Assembly (NCBI GenBank): GCA_029953675.1 | Contig: JAMWBK010000004.1 | Span: 2,666,001-2,730,000 of the forward strand | Length of the DNA: 64,000 bases | Source: Rhodosorus marinus CCMP1338 | Taxonomy: Eukaryota > Plantae > Rhodophyta | Reading direction: 5' to 3' | Part shown: one piece after another, positions 10,246 to 21,950 of the stretch | Layout: each line of letters begins with the position of its first letter | Numbering within the stretch: position 1 is the first letter of the stretch | Made by a program: the position numbers and the translations under genes | The notes under the pieces: generated by a model | Seen by the model: the letters and a program-made list of their open reading frames with translations, nothing else | The model's database searches: none | Told to the model about the DNA's origin: nothing

Positions 10246-12258
10246 TTCTCGACGAAATTATTAAAGGCTTGTTCTTGTGGTATTTGGTGGAAATGCGTTC
10301 CCATGTTGCCCACAATCGTATACACAAGAATATCAACTATTTCGCGAGCGTCTCCGGGTCTCTCGACGAAAGTCGCCCTCTGTGACAAAACGAATGCCAG
10401 CTTGTACTAGAAACTGTTGTGTTCTTATGCCACTCAGGGTTCAGAAAAGCTTGGACAACTTGAGCTCTAGTCGACTAAGCTTTGGATGCAGTTCAGTTTA
10501 GCACGGATGCTATTGAGGACTTGACGAACGTGACGACTCTTGTTATGCACAGGGTGATAATAGGAAATGCTTAATTGACCTACAGATTCTCTGGAAGATT
10601 TTTGGTCTGTGCGACAACTTGGCTACTCACTCGCGCGGAGCGTGAACGTATTCTGGTTTGTCCGGCTGGCACCGACGGCGGGAAAGGCCTTGCAGCTTTC
10701 CTTTTGCTCAACAAGCTGTGAGGGGCTGAGAAGAGAACATGCAATCGGGGTGCATGTAACTCAACCGGCCCACTTCCTGGCACCTGAGCCGCATGCGAGA
10801 GCTACTGGGCGTTGAATGTTCTCACAGCTAGCTATCAACAGGTTTTGATGCCGAGTACAGCTCAAACTTGGACGTATCGTACGCAAATACTGTCCCATCC
10901 TAAATGTATACCTTGCAACCCTCTTCCTACTGGGCACACGCTCATCCAGGACCCACAAAAACCCGCTAGTCGATGAAATATCACGGCTCAGCATAAAAAA
11001 AAACAACAGGGAAATTTTCTACACTCTCACCTCGTGCCAAGCATGAGCGTACTAATAGTACATACACAACATAGTACAAACCTGAGAATCCCTTCCAATA
11101 TTCAGACCTTTGGTCCAGTGGCTGGCGATAGCTGGAATGCGGAATAGGCAAATCCACAAAAGCAACCAAGAAAAAAAAAAAAGAATTCCTGGCCCTGCGA
11201 TCCGAGCGGTCCCACATTCCACACGACTCCTAAGAAAAACACTCCCGGTCAAAAATCCGGGGTAGGAGCAGAAGTAAACGAATTCGATTCGTACGGTAAT
11301 TTTATTATTAAAAAGGGTAAATGCGGCGATCAAAGAGGAATTATCCCACCCCTTTGCAAATTTCGTCGTATCTAGAAAATTTTTTTTCCGCTCCTCCAAG
11401 TCCAATACAAACTGTCATGGTTCGGTTCTCTAGACACGTGCAGAGTCTTAATTGGATTAATGTAGCAGATTAACTGATACATTACCTTTTTTTTTTGGTT
11501 GAGAAATATTTTCCATCCTTTGATGAAATCATGTCAGGAGGAGGCAACCCTAGAGACAACGCTAAGAGGGGGGTAAACCTACGCCTTGTTGTCCTGACAT
11601 CTGAAAAGGAATTCATTTGTAATTAATCTGCAATTTTCTATACGTATCTAAGAATAGAACAGCAGCCGATATCCAAAGAAGAAGATCCGGTGGTTGTAGA
11701 ACAGACAAAAAACAATCATAATTCACAAGATAAGGGGGAGGGCGGAGGGAAGGGGGGAGGTAGGCTCGTAAGTAAACAGCAACGCGTCCTTTAATTAAAC
11801 TCGAATTCAAGTTTCTGTACTTTTTAGTAGTTTTTTAGAGGTGAAGGGGAGAAATTATTTTTTTTGTTGTAGAGTCACGAAAGAGGACTTTGGTCCTAAT
11901 TAGCTGGTTTTGGCAATGAAAAAGATTTTAGAAAGTTATGTTTAATATTTTTTGATAATCTAGTATTCGAAGGAAGTTCTGACAGTGAGGCGGTGCTGGG
12001 TTGGGCGTATAAATTGGAGTGGAGAGTTGAGGTCTGGACAGCAGAGTGGGTAGTTCACAAGGGGACGATCTGGAGCGGAGAGTACTTGGGCTGTATGCGG
12101 AAGGGTGGTGGGGTTGTGGGTAGTGTTGGTGTTGAGGACGTTCTGATTTTGAGGACTTTGGGGTGTGGGGGGGGGGAGGGGGGATTGTCAGTGGCTCTGA
12201 GGAGGAGATTCTGTGGAGTTTACGAGTGAAGTTGTTGTGTTGCTCTAGTTTTTGAGGA

Positions 12259-12951
12259 ATGGGTCGGAATAGTGGTGAGGATCATGTGAGGTATGTCTCA
12301 ATTGCGAGGCAGCTGGACTTGCTGCCTGTTGCAGAGTACAAGATTCCGAACGGTGGGAGGATTCCAACGGTGATGTTTGAGGACAGGGTGGACAAGATCA
12401 TGCGGAGCGGCAGGGTTCGTGAGACGAGCCGGCTGACCGTTCTTGACAATGAGGTCGGAAGCATCCACTTTGAGAGCGAGGGAGATTACGTTTTTCTGGT
12501 GTTCACCCAGAACGAGTACCCTCAGCGAGCTGCGTTCAAGCTTCTCGGGGAGATCAAAAAGGAATATCTGAGCCTTTATGAAGAGGAGGGTCTGACAACT
12601 CAGCCGTTGGAGCTTTCTGAAGCCTGCACTCCGTTCATGAAGCAACTTTGCGCAGAGTTTAACGTTCTTCATAATGTAGATCAGCTAACTGAAACTAAAG
12701 ACCTCGTTGAAGAGGTGAAGGAGCAAATGCAGGACAATCTGGAAGCTGCTGTGAACAGGGGCGAGATGCTGGACGACCTTCTGATGCAGGCCGAGAATCT
12801 GAACACTGAGGCGGGTGCCTTCCGTGCGACAGCGAGCAGCGCGAAGACGAAGTTCTGGAAGCAGAATATGAGGCTTCTGATCATTATTGCGGTGCTAGTG
12901 ATTGTTCTGATTTTGGCGATCGTGATACCCCTCGCCGTCAGGAACTCGTGA
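12259..12951 (+). CDS. VAMP7-like longin R-SNARE, paralog B (intronless; canonical Arg zero layer)
   Basis: Single ORF with YPQRAAF, AVNRGEML, FWKQN and a C-terminal TM. Shares the SGRxxExSRLTxxDxxVGSIH motif with paralog A. Confidence 0.92.
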   Translation: MGRNSGEDHVRYVSIARQLDLLPVAEYKIPNGGRIPTVMFEDRVDKIMRSGRVRETSRLTVLDNEVGSIHFESEGDYVFLVFTQNEYPQRAAFKLLGEIKKEYLSLYEEEGLTTQPLELSEACTPFMKQLCAEFNVLHNVDQLTETKDLVEEVKEQMQDNLEAAVNRGEMLDDLLMQAENLNTEAGAFRATASSAKTKFWKQNMRLLIIIAVLVIVLILAIVIPLAVRNS

Positions 12952-13331
12952 GACTTTGCCGGAGCTCGTTCTCAAGTACCTAGGCGATGATAATTATGTG
13001 GTGTATAGTATATCTGTTTCGGGTTATATAAAGCGAAGCAACTTCAATTGGAAGCTTGGAAACTGTTTTGATTTCGCATCCCAGCGCTAAAGCTTTGCAG
13101 TGCGGCCATGTGGTCCGAGCAAGCTTGTTCCAAATCTGCCGTTACCAGTCCTGGTTGCTGCAGCTAGTTCCAATGGACCTATTCGGTTGTTTAGCCCAAT
13201 GCTCGACGGGCTGCAGACTAACGCACCCCTTCAGCGGGCTTTTCAATAGCATGAGTAAGAATCTCTTTAATAAATTCGCATTGAACTCTTTATACTCAAT
13301 GTCAAACTCCTCCGATCTGTACAATACCAAC

Positions 13332-14096
13332 CTAGTAGTTGGCTTCATAGTGTGACACGAACTCCTCTCGAGAAATAATACTGTTCTTCTTGGTATCAAC
13401 GATCGAAAACACCACCATCGCATCCGCCAACTGCAGATGAACGCCTAATGTTTGCATTGCTCGAACAAACTCGTTTACGTCAAGAGATCCATTTCCGTCC
13501 ACATCGAAAGCGCGAAAGGCGGCCAACGCCCTCTCCCTCTTTGTCCCTTCCGGCGGTACCGGTCCTCTTCCGACTCCTGGAGGCGGTGGAGGGGGAAACG
13601 CTTGGTGATGTGGCGGCGGTGGAGGGGGATACGGATGGTGATGTGGCGGCGGTGGTCGACGTGAATAGGTTTGTTGTGGCTGTTGGGGTGGCCCCTGTGC
13701 AGTCGACCAAGTACTCGCTGCTTGCGGATTAGTTGGTGGGGCACCAGCAATTGCGTCCTGACTCGGGCGGGGATAATTTCCCGCAGGCGGTGGATATCCG
13801 TAAACCGGGTAACCAGGCGGGGGTCCGTACGCCGGAGCGGGAACCCCATAATTCTGAGCTGGGTCAGTCGTAAACCAACTCCCTGTTGGATTGCCCTGTG
13901 GTACGCTCCCGTTCGTATAGTTGTAACCCGCTTGACCATACAGAGGTTGCCCCTGAACTGATTGTTGATGAGGAGCAAGAGGAGCAGCAGCGTTCGCTTG
14001 TCTCGCGCTGCTCGTTGGAAGCGGTTGCCTAGTGTCTGACATATGTGCAGGTGGGCTTGGTGCCGTCGCAGCAGGATACTGATCCGGAGAGTTCAT
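13332..14096 (-). CDS. Pro/Gln/Tyr/Gly-rich protein with a C-terminal EF-hand pair
   Basis: Canonical EF loop DVDGNGSLDVNE and degenerate second loop DTKKNSIISREE after about 185 low-complexity residues; start MNSPDQY. Confidence 0.85.
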   Translation of the reverse strand: MNSPDQYPAATAPSPPAHMSDTRQPLPTSSARQANAAAPLAPHQQSVQGQPLYGQAGYNYTNGSVPQGNPTGSWFTTDPAQNYGVPAPAYGPPPGYPVYGYPPPAGNYPRPSQDAIAGAPPTNPQAASTWSTAQGPPQQPQQTYSRRPPPPHHHPYPPPPPPHHQAFPPPPPPGVGRGPVPPEGTKRERALAAFRAFDVDGNGSLDVNEFVRAMQTLGVHLQLADAMVVFSIVDTKKNSIISREEFVSHYEANY

Positions 14097-16649
14097 CCCA
14101 CCCTGCGGATAAATTAAGTCTGTTGAACCGAACACGAAAAAGCTTTTTAGCATGGATACGGAATCAGAACATCCGCGGGCAAAACCAAAACAAAACTCAG
14201 CTTACCAGCTGGAGGTGCACTAGGCTGTCTACGCATACCAGCTTCCCCAGCGTTGTCATACCCATAGTAATTCTGACCACCCCCGTCTCCGTTCCCGCTC
14301 ATCACAGAACGGCTTCAAAACAAACAAAAAAAAGGAGCTAAGATCACCCAGCCAACAGTTCAACGAAAACTTCAGCGCTCCGGCCTCTCTCTTCAAGCTT
14401 CCTTCTTGCTAGAAAACCAAATCCAAGAACCACCGTAACATCCCCTTCTCCAAAATCCAAAATTCACTTCCCAAAGACCAACGCCACCCTACCCAGTCCT
14501 TTCCAACTGGCTCTGACCTGTCCTCACATCATGTACGAGTTCCCCAATATCCAATATTGAATAACAAAAAAATACATTGTATGTCCAATAGTTTCTACTT
14601 AAGAGAACTTCCAGCCAATAAAAAGTAATATCCTCATGAACTGTTCTAAATATAACAATATAGATATCACTTCAACCAATGGTTAGCAAGTTTTCTAACA
14701 TGGCAGTGGTGCTGATGTAAGGTCCATTAGAATTGCTTTTTTGAAAGTTTCTTTATAAAGAATTCGAAATATTTGATGTGGCACTTGTTATTGGTTTATA
14801 AGGAATTTTTGTTAATTTATTAGCTAATTCTTCTTTTAAAAGTCAACAACTTTTTAACGAATGACGAAGACCAATTTAGGTCAGATATCATACATATCAC
14901 CGTATGCATGGGGCATGCCACAATTACCACCAATAGAGGAATAGCTTAGATTTCAACGGTTTTGTTGCCTCATCGGTTCCAGGCCGCAATCATATCGACG
15001 ATTTCAACCGGTACATAAGGATTCTGATGCCCCAACGATTGAACCAACGGCTTGGTTGGTAGCAGAGGCGAGAAGCTCGCCTGTCAACGCCCTATGAAGA
15101 GCAGTTGCGTCTCAAGAATTTGTTTTCACCATACGAATGAGCCTCAAGATATTGTATTGTAGTTGTATTGAAGTCGTCAGTTTGGGAGGGTTGAGTCTCA
15201 CTGTCCCATTGCCCCGGGGCGCACCTTACCGCACACTGGCTTGGACATCGGTGTGGGAGGGTGTGTTGAAGATTGCGGTCTGGATTGATCCATACGATAA
15301 ACGAGGAGGCAATGACAGTACACGGAGTCTTTCACATTGATTGTCCCTGTTCCTTTGTGTGACTGCTACCTGAATAGCACTGGACTCTAAAAGTAAAACA
15401 CCTGCACGGCAATGGCAACTTGACTCGATACATAAGTAGTGAACTCTGCTCGTGATTCATAAGAGCAGGGTTGGCAGTCTCCGAGTAAAGTCAGTCAGCC
15501 GTGGGGAACATTCTGAGGGGAACCCTCTTGAGTAAAAAGTGCTACAATCACTTTCTGTCGTATCGATCTGACCTGGGGACGAGCCAGAGTTGTTGGTCGA
15601 TACCAGAATACTTATTCGGATCTAGAAGTGCAGATTCGTGGGCGTGGTACGTTGTTGTCGACCGCGACGAGGCCGCGCGGAGAAATTCGATGGGCGCTTT
15701 CGAGTGTCATAATCGAGACCCGAAACTACATTAGATGCTTGCCCTAGATACTTGATGACAGGCGCTTAGATGTGATCCAGCTATCAGGCCTCGAGCCCCA
15801 AAACCTCCTTCGCTTGGTGGCGCTCAGGAAGTCAATCCCGCTGTATATCTTGGGTCTCGGCTTTGATCTAAGAGTCAGACACATTCCGTCTGTACCACTC
15901 TACTGATGTGATGATCTCCGCCCCTGCTCAACTTCACTGTAGGGCGGTCGATAAACGTAACAGGATCCACACGAAACGTACCGCCGAGGGTCAGGGAGAC
16001 TTCAACGGACCTGCAAAAACAAAGGCGCAAGACCGAGCGCTATCATATCAGATCCTTGTGAGGTTGATCCACTTAGATCATGATTAACTGTCCACGTTCA
16101 TATCCCTCATGTTATCATCGAAGTCACCAGTTCCAGCCTCCGCAGGAATCCTGATACTCCATCTTCCCCTTCACAAGCAGTTTTTAGAGTTTAAACACTA
16201 TTATACAGTAAATACAGTTATAAATATAACAAATTTAGGTATACTTGTACAATAGATCACAATGTCGAGATTGTCCCGGAAAGATGTTCAAGTTTTGGGA
16301 AGGAAAGGCTGACTCTTTTGCTGAGATGAGGAATTAGGCCGGTAATGGCCGATGATACCTCGAAGATTTCTTTTTTGGTATATTTCATGCGGGCGACCCT
16401 AATACCTCGAATTACTGCTTGAGAGAAGTTTCTTGAAGTTGTTACCTGCTTTAACATGGGTTTGATGTATTTTGGGTGGGTGGGGGGGGAAGTGGGGAGA
16501 GAAGGATGCGGGAAAGGGCGGTGTTGGAATGGTTTTGATTCGAAGTTGAGAAGCTTTGCTTGAACTAGTTCCGTCGATAGGTTGTGCCTGTTTTGGGCAG
16601 GTTTCTTTTTTTTGTTGGAAAGAGCTAGTGTGGAATTAATTGTGTAAAG

Positions 16650-18440
16650 ATGGCAATCGGGTTTTTGAGTCCAGCCCCGCTTCCGCTGCGTGCGAGAGGA
16701 CTTGGTACTGATGTTGGAATCAGTTCTTGCAGGCGTAGCAGATTTGCGTTTGAGATGCCCAAGCATCGTGCGAGGCCTCTCACAACGCGGATGATGTTCG
16801 ATCAGTTGATTGATACTATGGACTCCACAGTGAAGAAACTGAGAGGTAGGTGTCATGAAGCACAGGAAGACAGATGAGGGAACAGGAGATTTTATCTTAA
16901 TTTTATGGGGGTTTGTGTAGGTGCGGACAAAATCACTGAGAAGAACGTTGACAGGACTCTGAAAGACGTAAAACGAGCAATGCTGGATGCCGATGTTAAT
17001 CTGAAAGTTGTGAATAAGCTGATCAAGCGCGTGAAGGAGAGAGCGATAGGCGAAGCAGTGATAGCTGGAGTTGAACCAGGACAACAACTTATCAAAATCA
17101 TGTATGACGAACTCACTTCAACGATGGGTCAAAAGGAGACTCTTCTTGCCAGAAGAGAGGAGGGTCCCACTGTAATACTGCTTTCGGGTCTTCAAGGTGC
17201 TGGAAAGACCACAGCTGCAGCAAAGCTCGCCCTGTACTGCAAGAAAGAGGATCCACCACGAAAGGTGCTGCTGGTTGCTGCGGATGTTTATCGACCTGCT
17301 GCTATCGAACAGCTAGAAATTCTCGGCAAACAAACGGAAACTACTGTATACTCACTTGGAAAGGATGAATCCCCGGTTAAGATCGCCAAGGAAGCTATCA
17401 ACAACGCCAAAATGCAAGGGTTCGACACAGTTATTATCGACACAGCTGGTCGACAGGTTATCGATGACGCGCTGATGACAGAACTCAAGCAGATCAAGGA
17501 GGTTTCTGATCCTGACGAAGTCCTGCTCGTTGTCGACGCAATGACCGGTCAGGAAGCGGCTAATTTGACGAAGGCTTTCAACGATGCCGTTGGTATTACT
17601 GGGGCCATTTTATCGAAGATGGATGGAGATTCTAGAGGTGGAGCTGCGTTATCCGTGCAAGAGGTCTCGGGACAGCCGATCAAGTTCATTGGAATCGGAG
17701 AGAAGGTGGAGAAGCTGGACATATTCTATCCTGAGCGTATGGCATCGAGAATTTTGGGAATGGGAGACGTTCTTTCCTTTGTGGAAAAAGCACAGGAAAA
17801 AGTTGACGAGAAGAAGGCCGTGGAGATGACAAAGAAGATGATGGAAAAGAAGTTCAACTTCCAAGATTTCATTGATCAGGCCAAGATTGTCAACTCGATG
17901 GGGTCTCTTGGGGGTATGATGAAATTGATGCCTGGCGTTCCAAAAGTTAAACAGTCTGAGTTGAGAGCTGCAGAGGATCGGCTGAAGGTGAGCATTAATT
18001 GGAGTACCTTACTGAAAGCATGATTCACCGCCTGGTTGAGTGCAGTCTGTTCATTAACTCTAGACTTTCCTTCTACGGCTGCACTGTAAATATAGAAATC
18101 CACGGTCATGATACAATCGATGACGCCCAAGGAGAGGCAGAACCCTGACCTGCTAATCACCGATAGGACTGCTCAGAGCAGGTTGAGGAGGATTGCGAAA
18201 GGGTCAGGGAACACCATGGAACAGGCGAAGAGCCTCATTTCTGACTTCAAGAAAATGCGAGAAATGATGTCCGCGATGAGCAACCAAATGGTCCAGACGA
18301 ATGCCGATGGTTCAATAAGCCAGCGGATGCCTGGGGACGGACCAGCAGGAAATAGGAAGGCGCGGAGGAAGAGTGGGAAGAAATCGAATTCCAGCTCAAA
18401 TGCAAACGCAAGGGGATTCGGCGGTTTTGGAAAGCGATAG
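16650..18440 (+). CDS. ffh: Chloroplast signal recognition particle 54 kDa protein (cpSRP54/Ffh), 3 exons
   Basis: Transit peptide MAIGFLSPAP; GLQGAGKTT, DVYRPAA, DTAGR, KMDGDSRGGAALS; M domain SMTPKER and RIAKGSG. Introns at about 16847-16920 and 17988-18094. Confidence 0.95.
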
Positions 18441-18714
18441 ATGAGTTCCGCGGGGTAGTCGGTCTTTCTAACGTATAACTTGAATTTTTGCGTGTTTGCA
18501 CTGCGGCACCTACCCCGGACGTCCTGGACAAAACCAAAGATGTGAATGACCACGGGCATCCTGAGATGCAAGCAGTTCGATTTCCGTCGTCACAGAGAAA
18601 GTACTTTATTTTTGTAAAACCTCCGGGACCCGACTATGTGCAAAAGTTGTAACTCCCCCATGATGCTACCCAGCCTTACCACTCCAATGAGCTTTTGAGT
18701 TAGTTAAGAGTTTT

Positions 18715-20740
18715 TCATGCGGATACCAAACTCAAGGCGCACAGACACGATGCTCGGACTTCTACATTGGTCTCTGCTCGAATATCTCTCAGCTTTCTAT
18801 CGATCTGCTCTTTTTCCAGTTTGGACGCTTCGTCATCCTTCCTGGCCAAACAGTCTCTAAGGCCGACAAGGGACCATACGTTGTTCGGATTACCAACTCC
18901 ACGCCGAGCAGGACGCAGGTCAGCACGGTAGACCTTCTCGGCTCGTTCGTACTCGCCTTGTTCCAACAAGAAGGCTCCTAGTGGGTGTCTGGGAGGCATC
19001 ATCCACCCCCATGGCTCATCGTAAAGAAGTCCTTCGTAGTGCCTTACGGATTCCTCCAGAGATTCATAAGCTTCTTCAAACTTGCCTGTAAATTGAGGAA
19101 AACGACCCCATTAGATGTCATCTCCCAACAACAGGGTCCAAGCACGGAGCAGACCGATGGCGACTGTACCTTCTCTATAATGAATCTCTCCAACGGCGAA
19201 TCCCTCTGCAATCTCCAATACAACCGAGCACAGGTTGTTAAGCATCCTTCTCGTTTCTGGGATTTTGGCTCTCAATTCACGGAACCTCGAGAGAGTTTCT
19301 TTCGCCTTTTCCACCTCTCTCAGTGACGCATAAGCTACAGTCTTTGAGTACGCGACTATGGTTGAAACAAACGGATACAGCTCCTGCGGTTCAGGGTAAG
19401 GCTCGTTGATAATCTGTGCATGATCAGAGGACAATGCGCAGAACGAATTTCATCAGCAGTTGGTTCACAGCTCGGTTTGAGCACGTTCATAACTTCAGAT
19501 AAGGAGTTTGGGTCTTACCGTTTCCCATTTTCCGAACCTTACGAGCACATGGTACCTCGTGGTGAGAAATCCTTCAAACCAGTCCGCCTTTTCTGGCACA
19601 TGAAGAATCTCAACGGGAAAGTTTTCACGTATGTCACGTGCAGCGTCGATTGCCGACTGGAAGTCCCCAAGCATCATCCCCGCGTAGACGATGAAGTGCA
19701 CGGTGTGGAGCCTATATAGAAGGTACCAATTCATCGATCCACGTGCATCGCACCACTTCTTATCCACAATTTGTGCTTTTTTGTTGACCTTCAAACATTC
19801 CGCGTAACGTCCGAGCAGGATGTCGATATGCGCCGGCATATGGAAGAGATGTCCGGAGTCGGGCACTTGCCCGTTTCGAATAGGTTCGCTGGGGAGCAGA
19901 GCAACTTCAGGCGTCGTAGACATCTCCATACAATGAACGTAGTAATGGCAGAGACCAGGATGAGTCGGATCTGCGGCCAGTGCTTTCTCGAGGACCTGAA
20001 AAATCGCACCAAAAAGAAGATCCTTCAACTCAAAACTCCATCCGAACTTGCTGAAAATGGCGTTCGTTGCTCACCTGTCTGGCTATCTTAGCTTCTTCAA
20101 TTGGTTCACAGGTATCCATGTCATACAATTGCCAGGGGCTAATCTGTATGAGTGACTCGGTGTACAGCGCAGCGATATGTGAGTTGTCAGGGAACCTATC
20201 GTAGACTTTCTCCATCTCAGCTTGGTATGCTTTATCCAATCTAGCGCGTTGCTCAGTTTCTGGTTCGTAAGATGACTCAAACCGGGCCTTGATCGCTATC
20301 ACAAGCGCCTGCTCGAGCGCCGTCCCTGCACCAGCCTCCAACAGCTCAGTCGCCTTTTCCAGGTGCTGACAAGCCAACTATATTGACCGAAAAACGCTCG
20401 TCAAACATCAAGATACAAATATCTCTCTACTCCACAGGATGCTTCCTACCTTGTTTGAGGGGAATTCCTCAATAGCCATCTCGGGCAGATTGTAGTTTGG
20501 GCTGTTAGCCCAAGCCATAGCCCAGTGAGCCATCAGGCACTCAGGATCGGCACTGGCGGCTTTCTGAAAGCAGAGAATCGCTTCCTCATGGTTAAACCCG
20601 AAGGACCAGTTCACTCCACGATCAAACCAGCGCTGAGCCTCCTCGCTAACTGTTGATACCTTCCATGTCATCGACCCAAGATCAAACCCATATTCATCCT
20701 CAACCTTGGGACTACAGCACTCAGTCATTGCTACCACCAT
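18715..20740 (-). CDS. His-rich tetratricopeptide-repeat protein of the bacterial/fungal uncharacterised type (5 exons)
   Basis: Motifs AQRWFDRG..FGFNHEEA, HPGLCHYYVHCMEMS, GHLFHMPAHI, YRLHTVHF, YDEPWGWM, NPNNVWSL, terminal ASCLC; GT-AG introns restore the frame. Confidence 0.85.
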
Positions 20741-21567
20741 TGAGAAAAACAATAATAACCAAAGCCCCTCCTCTCTCTCTCCTTCTCTAAGATAGACTCA
20801 CCCTCATTCTATGTCCTTCAAAAAAAAGTTATCGTAATCTTCAACAAACGAAAACACAACCCTCACCATTCCCACCCACCCCAACCACCCTCCCACTCTC
20901 CCTCAGAACAACAGCAAGTCCTCTTTTTTATATTTGTACACCCAAAAACCTCCCGACCCACGGCAACCGCAAAAGAAATTTCAAACAAACTCGATATTTA
21001 ATCCAATAAAAACTAATAAAATAGATTTTATCAATCAATATACTTCAAAGTACACTTTTCATTTGATTAAACTATATCAATTAGAAAATAAATTGACAAA
21101 CAGGATTTTTTACTTTTCAACAGAAAAAATGATTTAAGGGGGGTGCTAAAAACAGGGAGATTGTTATTTGTTTAGTTCTAGTTTAAGGCTCGCTAAATTC
21201 GATACTAGGTTTTCCCCCAACCCTTCCACCCCCCTTTTTGTTATCATCCATCGCCTTCCTCGGGCGGCAGGGAATTTGATCTATCAAAAGTGACAATTGG
21301 AAGGAGGCTATTTTGTTATTGTTTCGGACCCTCGCTAAATAGTGAATTTTCGATGTTTCTAGATTGGGTACGTATGAAAGGAGGATTTTTTTGCAATCCC
21401 GTCTGATGGGCAAGAAGATGGACTTCTTTGGTGAGAACAACATCGGATGATATAGCTTTTTTAGGAATAAATTTAGACACGGATTCTAATCTTTTCCATA
21501 CGAAAAAGGGCGATCCATTGATAGGTGTCAGCGTGGAAGGAGGAGCCGGGAAGGGGGGGGGGTTGTT

Positions 21568-21687
21568 CAAGTCATAGCCCAGTCGGCCATCAGGCATTCA
21601 GGATCCGCACTGACGACTTTCTGAAAGCAGAGAATCGCTTTCTCATGGTTAAAACCGGAACGACTAGTTTTGCTCCACGATCAAACC
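21568..21687 (-). pseudogene. Degenerate direct copy of part of exon 1 of the TPR gene (source 20511-20628)
   Basis: Hand alignment shows roughly 85-90% identity with small indels. Confidence 0.9.
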
Positions 21688-21788
21688 GGTAGGGAGAAGA
21701 ATTTGAGCTCGAGGAGGAGTCCACCGAAGACGCGGAAAGCGAAGAGGAGTCGGACGACGATGAGGAAGCAGACGATTCAGGTGATGCC

Positions 21789-21950
21789 TTCCTATGGAGT
21801 GTAGAGAGAGATTTGTATCTTGATGTTTGACAAGCGGTTTTCGGTCTATGTAGTTGGCTCTTCAGCACCTGGAAAAGGCGACTGAGCCGTTGGAGGATGG
21901 TGCAGGGACGGAGCTCGAGCAAGGCGCTTGTGCTAGCGATCACGGCCCGG
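21789..21950 (+). pseudogene. Degenerate inverted copy of intron 1 plus the start of exon 2 of the TPR gene (source 20282-20440)
   Basis: About 90% identity by hand, including intron sequence atttgtatcttgatgtttgac; translates LQHLEKATEPLEDGAGTELEQ versus CQHLEKATELLEAGAGTALEQ. Confidence 0.92.

Noticed and set aside
16257-17087. 276-aa minus-strand ORF
   Set aside because: A shadow of cpSRP54 exons plus low-complexity promoter DNA; no domain.
21568-21950. RIP-like hypermutation of the duplicated TPR fragments
   Set aside because: Hand alignment of the inverted copy shows mixed transitions and transversions without a clear C-to-T bias.
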